Shown: positions 37,038-47,262, counted from the stretch's first letter. The stretch is DNA of 64,000 bases from Deltaproteobacteria bacterium (GCA_029262415.1 JAJCZL010000068.1:2372-66371), one strand, 5' to 3'. Notes: a model not told the origin generated them from the sequence alone. Program-made: numbers and translations.

Positions 37038-37438
37038 GTCTCTACATCGACACCAGCGCGCTGATGAAAGTTTACGTCAACGAGAACGCGAGTGAAGAGT
37101 GTCAACGGATACTCAAGTCCGATCCTACGTGGATTACTGCACGGCACACGTGGGTAGAGGTGATGCGCAACCTTCCGCGTCTGTTGGATCGGCCCGAGCT
37201 TCGACGTCAGGAGAAAGAGTTCCGCAGCGACTGGCGCAGCATGTCGGTGATCGATCTTGACCAACAGACTTGTGAACGCGCGGCAGAGATCGCGCGGACG
37301 CATACTGTTAGGACGCTCGACGCGCTCCATTTGGCAGCGGCGGTGCGAGCCGGCGGAGCCTCGCTCCCCTTCGTGACCTACGATCTCCGCCAGGCCCAAG
37401 CGGCGCGTGCGCTCGGGCTGACGGTGCTTGGCAGCTGA
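37034..37438 (+). CDS. vapC: VapC PIN-domain toxin
   Basis: TTG start overlapping the antitoxin stop; YIDTSALMK, RTLDALHLAAA, FVTYDLRQ. Confidence 0.9.
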   Translation: MSLYIDTSALMKVYVNENASEECQRILKSDPTWITARHTWVEVMRNLPRLLDRPELRRQEKEFRSDWRSMSVIDLDQQTCERAAEIARTHTVRTLDALHLAAAVRAGGASLPFVTYDLRQAQAARALGLTVLGS

Positions 37439-37505
37439 CGCGCCGGTCTGTACGCAGCGGCTGCTGACAAAGGGACCGCAGCGGGATAAGCGGCGTGGCC
37501 TCTTT

Positions 37506-38156
37506 CTACGCCGCCGCGCGCATCGCGCCGATGGTGCCCGGGTAGTCGCCGCTGCCGAAGATCGCCGAGCCGGCAACTACTACATCGACGCCCGCGTCGA
37601 GTACCAACTTGACGTTTTCCGGATTGATGCCGCCGTCTACTTCGAGCAGGCACGACGAGCCCTGGCGCTTTTTCAATCCGGAGAGCAGACGCAGCTTATC
37701 GAGTGCAACCGGCATGAATTTCTGCCCGCCAAAGCCTGGGAAGACACTCATCACCAGGATCAGCGCCGCGCGATCGATCCACGGCGAGACGGTCTCGATC
37801 TGCGTATCCGGGTTGATGGCAACGCCGGCCTTGGCGCCGTGGCTCTCGATCAACTGAAACAAGCCTTCGAGATCGTCGGTGACTTCTTGGTGAACGGTGA
37901 TGTAGTCGGCTCCGGCCTTAGCAAAGGCCTCGATGTACTTTTCCGGCTCTTCGATCATCAGGTGAACGTCGAGAGGAACGTCGGTTGCGCGGTCAAGTGC
38001 GCCGACAATGTCGGGGCCGAGCGTGAGGTTGGGCACGAAGTGTCCGTCCATCACGTCGACGTGCAGCCAGTCGGCACCGGCGGCGACGACGTTTCGGGCC
38101 TCTTCGGCGAGCCGCCCGAAATCGGCGGCGAGAATCGACGGGGCGATCAAAGGCAT
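37506..38156 (-). CDS. rpe: Ribulose-phosphate 3-epimerase
   Basis: IAPSILAADF, HVDVMDGHFVPNLT, DVHLMI, MSVFPGFGGQKF, EVDGGI. Confidence 0.97.
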   Translation of the reverse strand: MPLIAPSILAADFGRLAEEARNVVAAGADWLHVDVMDGHFVPNLTLGPDIVGALDRATDVPLDVHLMIEEPEKYIEAFAKAGADYITVHQEVTDDLEGLFQLIESHGAKAGVAINPDTQIETVSPWIDRAALILVMSVFPGFGGQKFMPVALDKLRLLSGLKKRQGSSCLLEVDGGINPENVKLVLDAGVDVVVAGSAIFGSGDYPGTIGAMRAAA

Positions 38157-38265
38157 AGCCGGTTTATACGAACGCGCGGCGTAGGGGTCAAAGCGGCATC
38201 TGCGGGCTACGCAAGCCGCGGCCGCGCTGCTTGTGTCACGCTGCGCGCGATGGCAGACCGTCAAC

Positions 38266-38673
38266 ATGGAAATCACAACTCTGGTCGGTGGCTGTCTATG
38301 CGGGGCCGTGCGCTTCGAGATCGGCGGCGCGGCACGCCATCTCTGCTTTTGTCACTGCCATAGCTGCCGGTTGGCCGGCGGCGCACCGTTTGTCGCGTGG
38401 GCAAGCGTCGATGCCGATCGCTTCGTTCTGACCCGGGGCGCGTTGCGCGAACACCGCAGCTCGCAGTGTGTTGCGCGTGGGTTCTGTGCCGAGTGCGGTA
38501 CCTCTATTACATACGCGCACGAAGGACGACCCGACGACCTCGACGTCGCGATTGCGACACTCGATCAACCGAATGCACTTGCACCCGCTTGTCACGTCTG
38601 GGTCTCAGAGAAGCTTGCGTGGGTTGAGATCGGCGACGGGCTGCCGCAGTTCGAGGAGTTCGGGGCGGTCTAG
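38266..38673 (+). CDS. GFA (Mss4-like zinc) family protein
   Basis: GGCLCGAVRF, CHCHSCR, RGFCAECGT. Confidence 0.9.
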   Translation: MEITTLVGGCLCGAVRFEIGGAARHLCFCHCHSCRLAGGAPFVAWASVDADRFVLTRGALREHRSSQCVARGFCAECGTSITYAHEGRPDDLDVAIATLDQPNALAPACHVWVSEKLAWVEIGDGLPQFEEFGAV

Positions 38674-38693
38674 CAGCGGCCGTCGGCCGGCGG

Positions 38694-39809
38694 CTATCTT
38701 TCAAGTGTGAAGCGCGCGATTTGTGCGCGGTGATCGCTCGGCGCTGCGGCGAGCAGGCGGTAGTTTGCGAAAGCGATGTGCCGGTTGCCGAGAATGTGGT
38801 CGATCCCCAATACGGGAAGCACCGCCGGAAAACTAAGGTGCGGCCCATGTCCGGCTTCGAGGTGGGCGTTGCGCAGGCCGAGTGTGGTGACGTTGTCGGC
38901 GTAGTAGGGCGCGTTGAAGTCGCCGGCCGCCACCACCGGAGTATCGGTGTGTTGGCGCAGCCACGCGCCGAGCATTGCGGACTCCTCTTTGTGCCAGTTG
39001 GCCGATGATGCCACGTGCACGGTCATTTTGAGCATGCCGTCTTCGGTCCAAATCGGCTTGGTTGCGTGGACGTTTACAATCCACATCTCACTGCCGTCGA
39101 TCTCGGCTCTTACCGCAAAGGTTCGGTAGTCGGTGATGCCGAATGCAACCTCGACGCCGGCTTCGTCGCTCAGTCGGCTACGACGAATCGCAGTTGCCAA
39201 TGCGAACACGCCGGTGCCCTTGCGCTGCGGCATTTGCTCGGGCTCGACCCAGTAGAACGCGAAGTCGGGAAAGGCCGCCACGTACCTCGCGCGGTTATTT
39301 AGACGGAGTTCTTGGAAGCAGAGTACGTCGATGTTTTCGGCGGCGACGATGGCGGGGAGGGTTTTGGTGAGTTCGCTTTTCTGATGGATATTGAGCGCGA
39401 GTAGGCCGAGCTCTGTGCGCTTGGTGGTTGCCGGCGCGACGGTCTGAGTAGTCGCGCGTGTGGTCGCGCGCGTACCGGCCGCGCGAGCGGTGGCGCTTGT
39501 GCCGCCGCCCCAGCCAAGACTGTCTAGGAAAAGCACCGTGCAGATTGTCGAGATTATCAATGCCGGGTTTGCGAAAAACGCAGGGCCGGCAGAACCCGCG
39601 CTGCGTCGCCCGCGTCGTCCGCGTAGCGAGAACGCGGCGACAGCGAATGCGACGACCGCAAGCACGATGCGCGGTGTGTATGCGAACAAGATACCGATCC
39701 GCCAGGCGTCAAGCCCGACATAGGGCGCGACCGCACTCAAAACCAGCAGTGCGAAAAGTGCGTTGCGTGCGAACTGCCCCACACCCCGCGAAACCGAGCG
39801 GTCGGTCAA
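38694..39809 (-). CDS. Membrane-anchored endonuclease/exonuclease/phosphatase (EEP) family protein
   Basis: N-terminal TMs, DVLCFQE, NVH, AGDFNAP, IDHI, SDHRA. Confidence 0.85.
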   Translation of the reverse strand: MTDRSVSRGVGQFARNALFALLVLSAVAPYVGLDAWRIGILFAYTPRIVLAVVAFAVAAFSLRGRRGRRSAGSAGPAFFANPALIISTICTVLFLDSLGWGGGTSATARAAGTRATTRATTQTVAPATTKRTELGLLALNIHQKSELTKTLPAIVAAENIDVLCFQELRLNNRARYVAAFPDFAFYWVEPEQMPQRKGTGVFALATAIRRSRLSDEAGVEVAFGITDYRTFAVRAEIDGSEMWIVNVHATKPIWTEDGMLKMTVHVASSANWHKEESAMLGAWLRQHTDTPVVAAGDFNAPYYADNVTTLGLRNAHLEAGHGPHLSFPAVLPVLGIDHILGNRHIAFANYRLLAAAPSDHRAQIARFTLER

Positions 39810-41266
39810 CGCCGGTACATCCTGCGCGGCGATTCGAGCAAGGTATACAGCACGTTGTCGACGAAAGCCGGGTCGCTGGTCATGTCGAGATGGTCGGTGA
39901 ACAGAAACGTAACCGACGACCAGTCTATTGGGCTCTGGATTGACGGCGACCAGTGGCCGCCCGCGCGCTCATCCATCACCGCGCTGGTGCGCAGCACCCG
40001 GCCGTCACCCGCTGCGAGGGCCGAGACGCGCACCGTGCCGGTGTTTCTGTTTACGCTCAGCCGCGCCGGGGTATCAGCTGCGTCGCCTGCGTACAAAACC
40101 AGGCGTAACGCATCGGGGCGTTTGGCAGGGCGGTCGATTGCCGCGTGAAAGCGTTGTGCCTGTAGCAGCGATTTGTGCAAATGATCGCGTGCGATCCGAC
40201 GTCGCTCGGCTCGGTTGCCTACGCCGGGGAGCAGCCGCACCAGTACGCCGTCTTGTTGCGGATCGAGGATACCCCAGCCGAGTTCATCCCAAAGTGCTGC
40301 GTCGTAGAGGTCGCCGAACGGCGTTGTATCGTTACGGGCGTCAACAACCATCGCGTGGCGCGTGCGCGGCATCAGCTGGTAGAGCCCGGGCATGGTACCG
40401 ATCAGTGCAGGCGGATAGTCGGGTAAGAAGAAGGGGAACTCGACGCCGTTGATCAGGTTTAACACCGGATCTATCGCGCCGGCGTTGGGGGTGCCGACCA
40501 GGATCGCATTCTCGACGTTGCGCGCGCCCGCCCAGGTGAGCTTGGGCAGGCTGCCGTCGATGGGCAAGGGGGCGGCGCCGTAACGCAGATAATAGCGCGT
40601 GAGCAGTCCGCCCATCGAGTGCGCAACGATGTCGAACTTTACGTTCGGATTATCGACGCCGTAGCGCAGTTTAAGCTGCGCACTTACGTAGGCGCGTTTC
40701 TCTTGGATGAACGCATCCAGGCGCGCGGCGTTGGCGGCGTTGTCGCGTCGCCAGTCATACGCGAACTGAAAACACGTAAAGTGCCCGTCGGCGTACTGCA
40801 CCGCGCCGGCTTCGGCGAGTTCTTGGTCTTTGTATCCGCCGGCACCGAGCGTGCGCAGAATATTGACGTAGGCGCGCAACTGCAGCGGCAAGCCGAACAA
40901 GCTCAGTTTGAAACGATCGAGCACGCCGGCAGGCGCTGCGTTGTCGGTCAGTTCCGCAAGCGGCGTGCCGATACGCATCGGCACTGCCACCGAGCGCGCC
41001 CCGGCGGGATCACTTGGGTTGGCGAAGTCGCCCGAGAATGCACCCCAAACGGTCTCACCGGTGTCGGCGTCGACCAGGCGCGAGCCGAGTACGCCCGGGA
41101 TCACGATGATCGGGTTGCGCGTCTCGTCCGATTCCTGCGCGGCGCGGTTATACAGACCGCCGAGGTCGGGGATGTTCAACGCCAGGCTGCAGCCCGACGC
41201 CGCGGTCGCCAGCGCGGCTGCGGCTGCGAGCAACTTTGCGCGGAGTCCTGGTGGTTTGATCGGCAT
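39806..41266 (-). CDS. Lipoprotein alpha/beta hydrolase (LCAT/lipase-like)
   Basis: Lipobox ASGC, IIVIPGVLGSRL, YDWRRD, AHSMGG nucleophile elbow, GDGRV. Confidence 0.8.
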   Translation of the reverse strand: MPIKPPGLRAKLLAAAAALATAASGCSLALNIPDLGGLYNRAAQESDETRNPIIVIPGVLGSRLVDADTGETVWGAFSGDFANPSDPAGARSVAVPMRIGTPLAELTDNAAPAGVLDRFKLSLFGLPLQLRAYVNILRTLGAGGYKDQELAEAGAVQYADGHFTCFQFAYDWRRDNAANAARLDAFIQEKRAYVSAQLKLRYGVDNPNVKFDIVAHSMGGLLTRYYLRYGAAPLPIDGSLPKLTWAGARNVENAILVGTPNAGAIDPVLNLINGVEFPFFLPDYPPALIGTMPGLYQLMPRTRHAMVVDARNDTTPFGDLYDAALWDELGWGILDPQQDGVLVRLLPGVGNRAERRRIARDHLHKSLLQAQRFHAAIDRPAKRPDALRLVLYAGDAADTPARLSVNRNTGTVRVSALAAGDGRVLRTSAVMDERAGGHWSPSIQSPIDWSSVTFLFTDHLDMTSDPAFVDNVLYTLLESPRRMYRR

Positions 41267-41299
41267 ACGTCGTTTAGTGGTTGTTCTTCTGTGTACGCA

Positions 41300-41650
41300 C
41301 CGGCAGACGAAGCAACCAAGAGAAGTTCCATCTCTACCAAAGCATCGATATCACGAGACAGCGTTCTATCCGAGAGACGTGCGTACTGTCTCGCGATTCG
41401 AGGCGTGGTTTCACCAAGCTCGCTCGCGGTCAGCGGCCGCTCCAGCGGTACCGCCAGCATCAGCCCGCGCCGTCGCTTAAACGTTTCTTTGTGGCGGTAC
41501 TCGGTGTTCGCGAACTGGGTGTAAATCAGGTCGCGCCAGGCGGTCTCGAACTGGCGTTCTTGCAACCGGGAGAGCAGGCCATGCAGACCGTCTCTATACC
41601 CGGTTACGGCGTAGTCGATGAATGACGAGAGACACCCGGATGGGCCCACT
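41300..41650 (-). pseudogene. C-terminal remnant of a Fic-family protein (wHTH tail)
   Basis: FIDYAVTGYRDGL...AWRDLIY...RRRGLML...TPRIARQYARLSDRTLSRDIDALVEMELL resembles Fic C-termini; HPFxDGNGR core missing. Confidence 0.55.
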
Positions 41651-41834
41651 ACTGTCCATACTACTGTCAGGCAACCTGTCTTTCGTGATGGGCTCTAACT
41701 TATTAATATTATGTTGTAATTTATGTATATCGACGAGTTTGGGGCGTAACTAGGCGGCCTACTGTCTACGAAAGGCGGGTTCTGCGGCACTAGAACTACG
41801 GGGCTTGAGCGCGTAGCAGCCGCCCTGCCGGAGA

Positions 41835-41987
41835 ACAGCTCTTCGCCGCAATCCGACCCGATGGACGGGCGCGACGAGGAACTGGGAAAGAACCGAGCAA
41901 GTCCGACTCAACCCAGACCGTGACCAACAGCAGGTGCGTTGCGCAGCATGAATCTCGGCCAGGCGGCAACTATCTTGACACCTACCG
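41835..41987 (+). mobile_element. IS3-family transposase C-terminal remnant with element end
   Basis: RRNPTRWTGATRNWERTEQVRLNPDR...AA-stop (41951) resembles the P.RWSG.TRNW....V.LNP tail of IS3-family transposases, followed by GCAACTATCTTGACACCTACCG. Confidence 0.6.
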
Positions 41988-41994
41988 CTTACCC

Positions 41995-42012
41995 ACATTC
42001 CGCGCGGAATGT
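41995..42012. repeat. 18-bp perfect palindrome ACATTCCGCGCGGAATGT, dispersed copy
   Basis: Identical to 23318-23335. Confidence 0.9.
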
Positions 42013-42396
42013 AGCCAAAACTTTGCACCTGGGTGCGTGCCGCCATCCGTACAAAGCGAGTTGGGCTTATTGACGGTGTCTCTCATCTTGCCAACGCCTG
42101 TAGAGCCACTCGCATCATGCTGGAGCCGGCACCAAGGCCATCATCTGCCGCGTGGCGTGCTCGGAAACGATTGATCGTGCCGAAGTCGGGACGAGGAAGA
42201 AGACCGGATCGCCCGCGTCGAGCCCATCGCTCAGATGCGCAGGGAATAGCCGGCCTTGAGCCTGATCCTACCGCTTGAACCGCTCCGCCTCGCTCATGCC
42301 GACGAGTCTACATCAGCGCCCCTGAAACTTTGAGCAGTCTTGGGTCGGTCTCCTGCGCAATCAGTGGTGAGAACGCCGGCGGAATCGGCGTCATGG

Positions 42397-43761
42397 TTAT
42401 CTTGCCTCCAGCGCGTTTCTTGTCATGCGCACGGCATAGAAACCATCGGTGTTGTGACGATGCGGCAGCGTGCGCAGGCTGCCGTCGTCGGCAAACAGCT
42501 CGGGGTCTATCTCGGGCGTTGCTGACGGCTCTGCCATTGTGAAGGTCGTGTGGTGTTCAAGAAAGCCGCGCACGATGTCTTGGTTCTCGGCGCGGGCAAT
42601 CGTGCATGTCGAATACACCAGCGTCCCGCCGGGGCGAACGAACGCGGCCGCGGCGGCAAGCAGCTCGCGCTGCATGGCCGCCAGGCGCCCGACGTCGGCG
42701 CGGCTGCGCCGCCATCTGATTTCGGGGTGCTGGCGAAGCGTGCCGAGGCCGGTGCAAGGGGCATCAACGAGCACGACGTCAAAGCTGCCGGTCTGTGCGG
42801 GGTCGAGACCTGTTAGCGATCCGTGGTGAATGCGGACGGGTGCGCCCTCTTGTTCGGCGCAGCGTGCGCGTTCAAGTGTCGCGCGAATCAACTCGGGTGC
42901 GTGCGCGGTCGGGTCTACCGCGAGTACGCTGCCCTTCGGGCCCGCAAGTGCGGCCAAGTAGGCGGTCTTTCCGCCCGGCGCTGCGCAGGCATCGAGCACC
43001 CGGTCGCCTGCGCGCACACCGGCCAACACGCAGACCAGTTGTGATGACTCGCCTTGTGCAATCGCTATGCCCGGCGCCTCGACGCTCTTGCGCGCGACGA
43101 TTGCATCGGGGCCGTAGCGCGCAGGGCCGGCTTCGATGCCCTCGGCGGCCAGTGCGGCAAGTGCACGGCTGCGCGCGACGAGCGCGCGCAGCACCACTGG
43201 GTTGGCCTCGTTGTTGGCTTGCATCAGTGCGTCGGCTTCGTCTGTGCCGAGCTCGTTGCGCCACATTTCGATCAGCCAGCCCGGGTGTGAGAATTCAAAC
43301 GCCGCCCGTTTTAGGTTGTCTTTGATCTGCGGCGCCGCCAGTTTCTCGCGCAGTGCGCGGCGTAACACCGCGTTGATCAGGCCGCCGGCTTTGGGCGCCA
43401 GACGCTTTGCGAGTTCGACGGCCGAATCGACCACCGCATAAGAAGGCACGCGATCGAGAAACAACAGTTGAAACAACGCCGAGCGCAACAGCACGCGCAC
43501 CGCCGCATCGAGTTGGTCGGTGCTCTTGTCGATACGCGCGCCGATGTGGGCATCGAGCGTTAGCTGCCGCGCGAGGGTGCCGTAGGCGATGATGGTGGCA
43601 AGGCCGCGATCGGCTTCTGAGAGCGTCGTGCGCGCAAGCTCGCGTGCGAGCACGGCGTCGGCGAACGCGCCGCGTTCTTCGACTTCGAGCAGCACGCGTA
43701 CGGCGAGTTCGCGCGCGGCGAGTCCCACCGCGTCGCGCGCACGCTGCTTAGACTGCGGCAC
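42397..43761 (-). CDS. rsmB: 16S rRNA m5C967 methyltransferase RsmB
   Basis: NusB-like N-domain, SHPGWL, DACAAPGGKT, DAPCTGLG, YSTCT, DGFY. Confidence 0.93.
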   Translation of the reverse strand: MPQSKQRARDAVGLAARELAVRVLLEVEERGAFADAVLARELARTTLSEADRGLATIIAYGTLARQLTLDAHIGARIDKSTDQLDAAVRVLLRSALFQLLFLDRVPSYAVVDSAVELAKRLAPKAGGLINAVLRRALREKLAAPQIKDNLKRAAFEFSHPGWLIEMWRNELGTDEADALMQANNEANPVVLRALVARSRALAALAAEGIEAGPARYGPDAIVARKSVEAPGIAIAQGESSQLVCVLAGVRAGDRVLDACAAPGGKTAYLAALAGPKGSVLAVDPTAHAPELIRATLERARCAEQEGAPVRIHHGSLTGLDPAQTGSFDVVLVDAPCTGLGTLRQHPEIRWRRSRADVGRLAAMQRELLAAAAAFVRPGGTLVYSTCTIARAENQDIVRGFLEHHTTFTMAEPSATPEIDPELFADDGSLRTLPHRHNTDGFYAVRMTRNALEAR

Positions 43762-43764
43762 CGC

Positions 43765-44772
43765 TCAGCCTTCGAAGCGATGCGGCAAATGTTTGCCGTA
43801 TCCGCGCACGAAGTCGGCAGCCGCCATCTGCTTCTTGCCCTCGGGTTGCACGCGGGTGATGCGCAAGAGTCCTTCGCCGCAGGTGACGAGCAATCCGGCC
43901 TCGCCGGCGTCGATGATCTCGCCGTGTGACTGCGCGATGTCCGTCGCCGGCCCGGCGTGCGCGGCGGCTTGGCTGTCAGTGGGGTTGCCAAGCTGCAACA
44001 TGCTCTCATCAATAACGTGTGCAGCGAGGATCTTCAGCCGCTTGCCGCCCAAGAATGTGAACGCAGCGGGTGATGGCAGGAACGCGCGGATCTGACGGTC
44101 GATCGCGTGTGCGTCGGCCGTCCAGTCTATACGCATGTCTTGTTTCGTCAGCGGTGGTGCCGGCGTCGCGAGTGCGTCGTTCTGTGGGGTGAAGGTCGCC
44201 GTGCCGTTGTTGAGCTGTGTGATCACCTGGACGAGCAGCTCGGCCGACATGTCGGCCATGCGCTCACGCAGCTGTCCGCCGGTTATCCGCAGCCCGATGG
44301 GGATAGTCTGCTCCAACATCACATCGCCGGCGTCCATACGTTCGTTAATGCGAATGATAGTGACGCCGGTTTCATCGAGCCCTTGCAGCATCGCGCGTTC
44401 GATCGGTGCGGCGCCGCGCAGCGCGGGCAAGATCGAGCCGTGCGCGTTGATACAGCCGTGCCGCGGGATCTCGAGAACGCTGTTCGGAAGAATCCGTCCG
44501 TAAGCCACGACCACGCCGAGGTCGGGTGCGATCTTGGCCAGTCGTTCGGCGAAGGCCGGGTCTTTCGCGCTGCGCGGCTCCAAGACCTCGAGGTTGTGCT
44601 TGAGCGCGAGGGTCTTGACGGCGCTCGGCTGCAGCTTTTTGCCACGGCCCGCGGGCGCATCGGGGCGTGTGACCACCGCCGCGATCGTGCAGCCGTCAAA
44701 GTCGAGCAGCCGGGCCAGGCTGATTGCCGCATAAGGCGGCGTGCCCATGAACACACAACGCATCAGGGTCAT
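43765..44772 (-). CDS. fmt: Methionyl-tRNA formyltransferase
   Basis: FMGTP, VVAYGRIL, INAHGSILPALRGAAPI, MDAGD, QPEGKKQM. Confidence 0.96.
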   Translation of the reverse strand: MTLMRCVFMGTPPYAAISLARLLDFDGCTIAAVVTRPDAPAGRGKKLQPSAVKTLALKHNLEVLEPRSAKDPAFAERLAKIAPDLGVVVAYGRILPNSVLEIPRHGCINAHGSILPALRGAAPIERAMLQGLDETGVTIIRINERMDAGDVMLEQTIPIGLRITGGQLRERMADMSAELLVQVITQLNNGTATFTPQNDALATPAPPLTKQDMRIDWTADAHAIDRQIRAFLPSPAAFTFLGGKRLKILAAHVIDESMLQLGNPTDSQAAAHAGPATDIAQSHGEIIDAGEAGLLVTCGEGLLRITRVQPEGKKQMAAADFVRGYGKHLPHRFEG

Positions 44773-44799
44773 CGGTTACAGCGGACACGGCCCGACGCA

Positions 44800-44910
44800 A
44801 ATCGGATCGGCCGCCACGGTCATATTTGCAGACGGAATGGCGTATATGCGTCGTTGAGAACCCCGGTGACGATTCACAACGCGTGTCCGGATCGGAGGTT
44901 CGCCCCGTGA
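44800..44910 (+). pseudogene. Internally deleted small toxin gene, partner of DUF2283
   Basis: RSYLQTEWRICVVENP joined out of frame to VTIHNACPDRRFAP-stop: the two ends of a ~75-aa R.Y...EW...V.ENP...TIHNAF.DR.F family; GTGA overlap with the next gene. Confidence 0.55.
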
Positions 44911-45125
44911 GGGTCAAGTACTACAAAGAGACCGATTCGCTCTATATCGACCTTGCCGAGGTGCCGAGTGCCGAGAGTCGCGAGGTCTCCGAAGGGATCG
45001 TTCTTGACTACGATGCCGACGGCAACCTTGTCGGGATCGATATCGACAACGCTACGGCTAAGGTCGGCCTTGAGCGCTTGGTTGTCAGCAGCCTGCCGGG
45101 CACCGTCGAAACTGACGCGGCTTGA
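44907..45125 (+). CDS. DUF2283 domain protein (putative antitoxin)
   Basis: GGAGG RBS; VKYYKETDSLYIDL...SREVSEGIVLDYDADGNLVGIDIDNA. Confidence 0.88.
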   Translation: MRVKYYKETDSLYIDLAEVPSAESREVSEGIVLDYDADGNLVGIDIDNATAKVGLERLVVSSLPGTVETDAA

Positions 45126-45141
45126 GACCGAGCCCTTCCTT

Positions 45142-45687
45142 TTAGATGTTGGGGACGTTGCTCTTGCTGGGATCGGGGTCGGGGATATCGCCGAGTTTTT
45201 TCAGGCGCTTGCGGTACATCTCGCGTTTCAGGCGTGAGAGGTGGTCGATGAACAGGGTGCCGTCGAGGTGGTCGATCTCGTGTTGCAGGCAAACCGCCGC
45301 CAGATTTTCGGCCTCGATCTCGATCTCTTTGTGATCCAGCGTCCAGCCCTTGACCAAAACCCGCGATGCGCGCGTAACCTCGGCGGTGTAGTCGACCACC
45401 GACAGGCAGCCTTCTTCGGTAATCTGGCTGCCTTCGGCCTCGATAATCTCGGGGTTGATGATCTTGAACAGTTCTTTGCCGCGGTCGTTTTCGCGGCCGA
45501 CATCGACGACGATCACGCGCTCGAGCACGCCCACCTGGTTGGCCGCCAGCCCGATACCGTTCGCGCTGTACATCGTGTCGGCCATGTTGTTCAGCAGTGC
45601 GGCCGTCTTGCCGTCGATTTCTTTAACCTTTTCGGCTTCCTTGGCGAGGATACCGTCGGGGAATCTGTGGATGCGCAGAAGCGCCAT
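45142..45687 (-). CDS. def: Peptide deformylase
   Basis: GIGLAANQVG, EGCLS, QHEIDHLDG. Confidence 0.97.
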   Translation of the reverse strand: MALLRIHRFPDGILAKEAEKVKEIDGKTAALLNNMADTMYSANGIGLAANQVGVLERVIVVDVGRENDRGKELFKIINPEIIEAEGSQITEEGCLSVVDYTAEVTRASRVLVKGWTLDHKEIEIEAENLAAVCLQHEIDHLDGTLFIDHLSRLKREMYRKRLKKLGDIPDPDPSKSNVPNI

Positions 45688-45900
45688 CCTGCTAGATAAC
45701 GTGAGATTGGAGTTGGGTGCAAGGCAGCAGCTGTGGCTGCGGGTCGCGGTGGGAGTGTCGAAAACACGGATTCCGGCATTTAGAGTGCCCGGTCTAAGTG
45801 GCGAACTCACACAAAAAGACTATTTCTACACTTGGCCCGGTGTCGGCACGGTTTGTACGCAGCCGTGGATTGGCCACACACCTCTTCTCCTTTTAACTTG

Positions 45901-47262
45901 ATGCCGCCGACCCGACCAAACACAAACCCGACTGCGCAATCGGCGGTGGCCGCCGGCCGCCAGGCGGTGTTGCGTACGATAACGCGCGAGGGCGTTGCCT
46001 CTAGTGCGATGGTCGGCATCGGCGAGACCTACTTCGCCGCCTTCGCCTTGGCTCTCGGGCACAGCGACGCAACCGCCGGTCTGCTCGCTTCGGTGCCGCT
46101 GTTGGCAGGTGCGGTGTTGCAGATGGCGACACCCAAGGGGCTGGTGCGGCTGCAGTCCTACCGGCGCTGGGTGGTCGGCAGCGCGGTGGTGCAGGCGCTG
46201 ACCTTTGTGCCGCTTATCTGGGGAGCGCTGGCCGGGCGGCTGCCGACCTCTACCTTATTTATTTCGGCCGCGCTGTACTGGGCGGCCGCAATGTCGACGG
46301 CGGCCGGCTGGAATCCGTGGGTCGGTCGCATGGTGCCGCGCCGTACGCGCGCGCGCTACTTCGCCCACCGTGCCCGCTACGCGCAAGCGGCCGTGCTTGT
46401 CGGCATCTGCTTGGGCGGGGTCGTGCTGCACGTCTTTGACGACGGTCCGCAAAAACTCCACGGCTTTGCGTTGCTGTTCGCGATCGCATTCGTGGCGCGT
46501 GCGGTATCGTCACGTCTGCTCGCTTTGCATCCCGATGCTGATCCCTGCTCCGAGCCCGACCCCGACGAGACCGCGGCAATTACACCGGCCGCGGTGGGCG
46601 GCCGCCGACTGTTCGCCTATCTACTCGGCTCGCAACTCACCGTGCAGGTCGCCGCGCCCTACTTCACGCCCTACATGCTCGAGCATCTGCATTTCGGCTA
46701 CGCGCCTTACGTGGCGTTGACCGCCGCGTCTTTCCTTGCACGGATCGTTGCCGCGCCGATGCTCGGCCGCTTCGCGCACAACTACGGTGCCAGGCGGATG
46801 TTGCGCGTCTGCGCGCTCGGCATCACGCCGTTGCCGCTGTTGTGGTTGGTGTCGAATTCGTTCGGCTACTTGCTGGTCGTGCAACTGATAGCCGGTGTCG
46901 CTTGGGGCGGGTACGAGTTGGCGACGTTGCTGTTGTTTTTCGATGCAGTCTCCGAGCGCAGCAGACCGGCCTTGCTCGCGAAGTTCAACCTGGCCAACGC
47001 CGTCGCGATGGTCGTCGGCGCGATGCTCGGCGCGTGGCTGCTCGGCGCCGCGGGCAGCAGTTTGACGACCTACGCGTGGTTGTTCGGCGTTTCCGCCCTA
47101 GGCCGCGCGGCAGTCTTGCCGCTACTCGGCCGCATCCCCGACTACGTGCCGCCGCCGGGGGCCGCAGACGAACTGCCGATCCGTACGATGGCGGTGCGGC
47201 CGTCGATGGGCGCTATTCAGCGGCCGGTGTTGGCGGGGTTGCCGGGGGATAAGAGTGGGTGA
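45901..47262 (+). CDS. MFS transporter
   Basis: About 12 TM helices, W.PWVGRMVP...RARYF, APYFTPYML, LGRFAHNYGARR. Confidence 0.8.
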   Translation: MPPTRPNTNPTAQSAVAAGRQAVLRTITREGVASSAMVGIGETYFAAFALALGHSDATAGLLASVPLLAGAVLQMATPKGLVRLQSYRRWVVGSAVVQALTFVPLIWGALAGRLPTSTLFISAALYWAAAMSTAAGWNPWVGRMVPRRTRARYFAHRARYAQAAVLVGICLGGVVLHVFDDGPQKLHGFALLFAIAFVARAVSSRLLALHPDADPCSEPDPDETAAITPAAVGGRRLFAYLLGSQLTVQVAAPYFTPYMLEHLHFGYAPYVALTAASFLARIVAAPMLGRFAHNYGARRMLRVCALGITPLPLLWLVSNSFGYLLVVQLIAGVAWGGYELATLLLFFDAVSERSRPALLAKFNLANAVAMVVGAMLGAWLLGAAGSSLTTYAWLFGVSALGRAAVLPLLGRIPDYVPPPGAADELPIRTMAVRPSMGAIQRPVLAGLPGDKSG

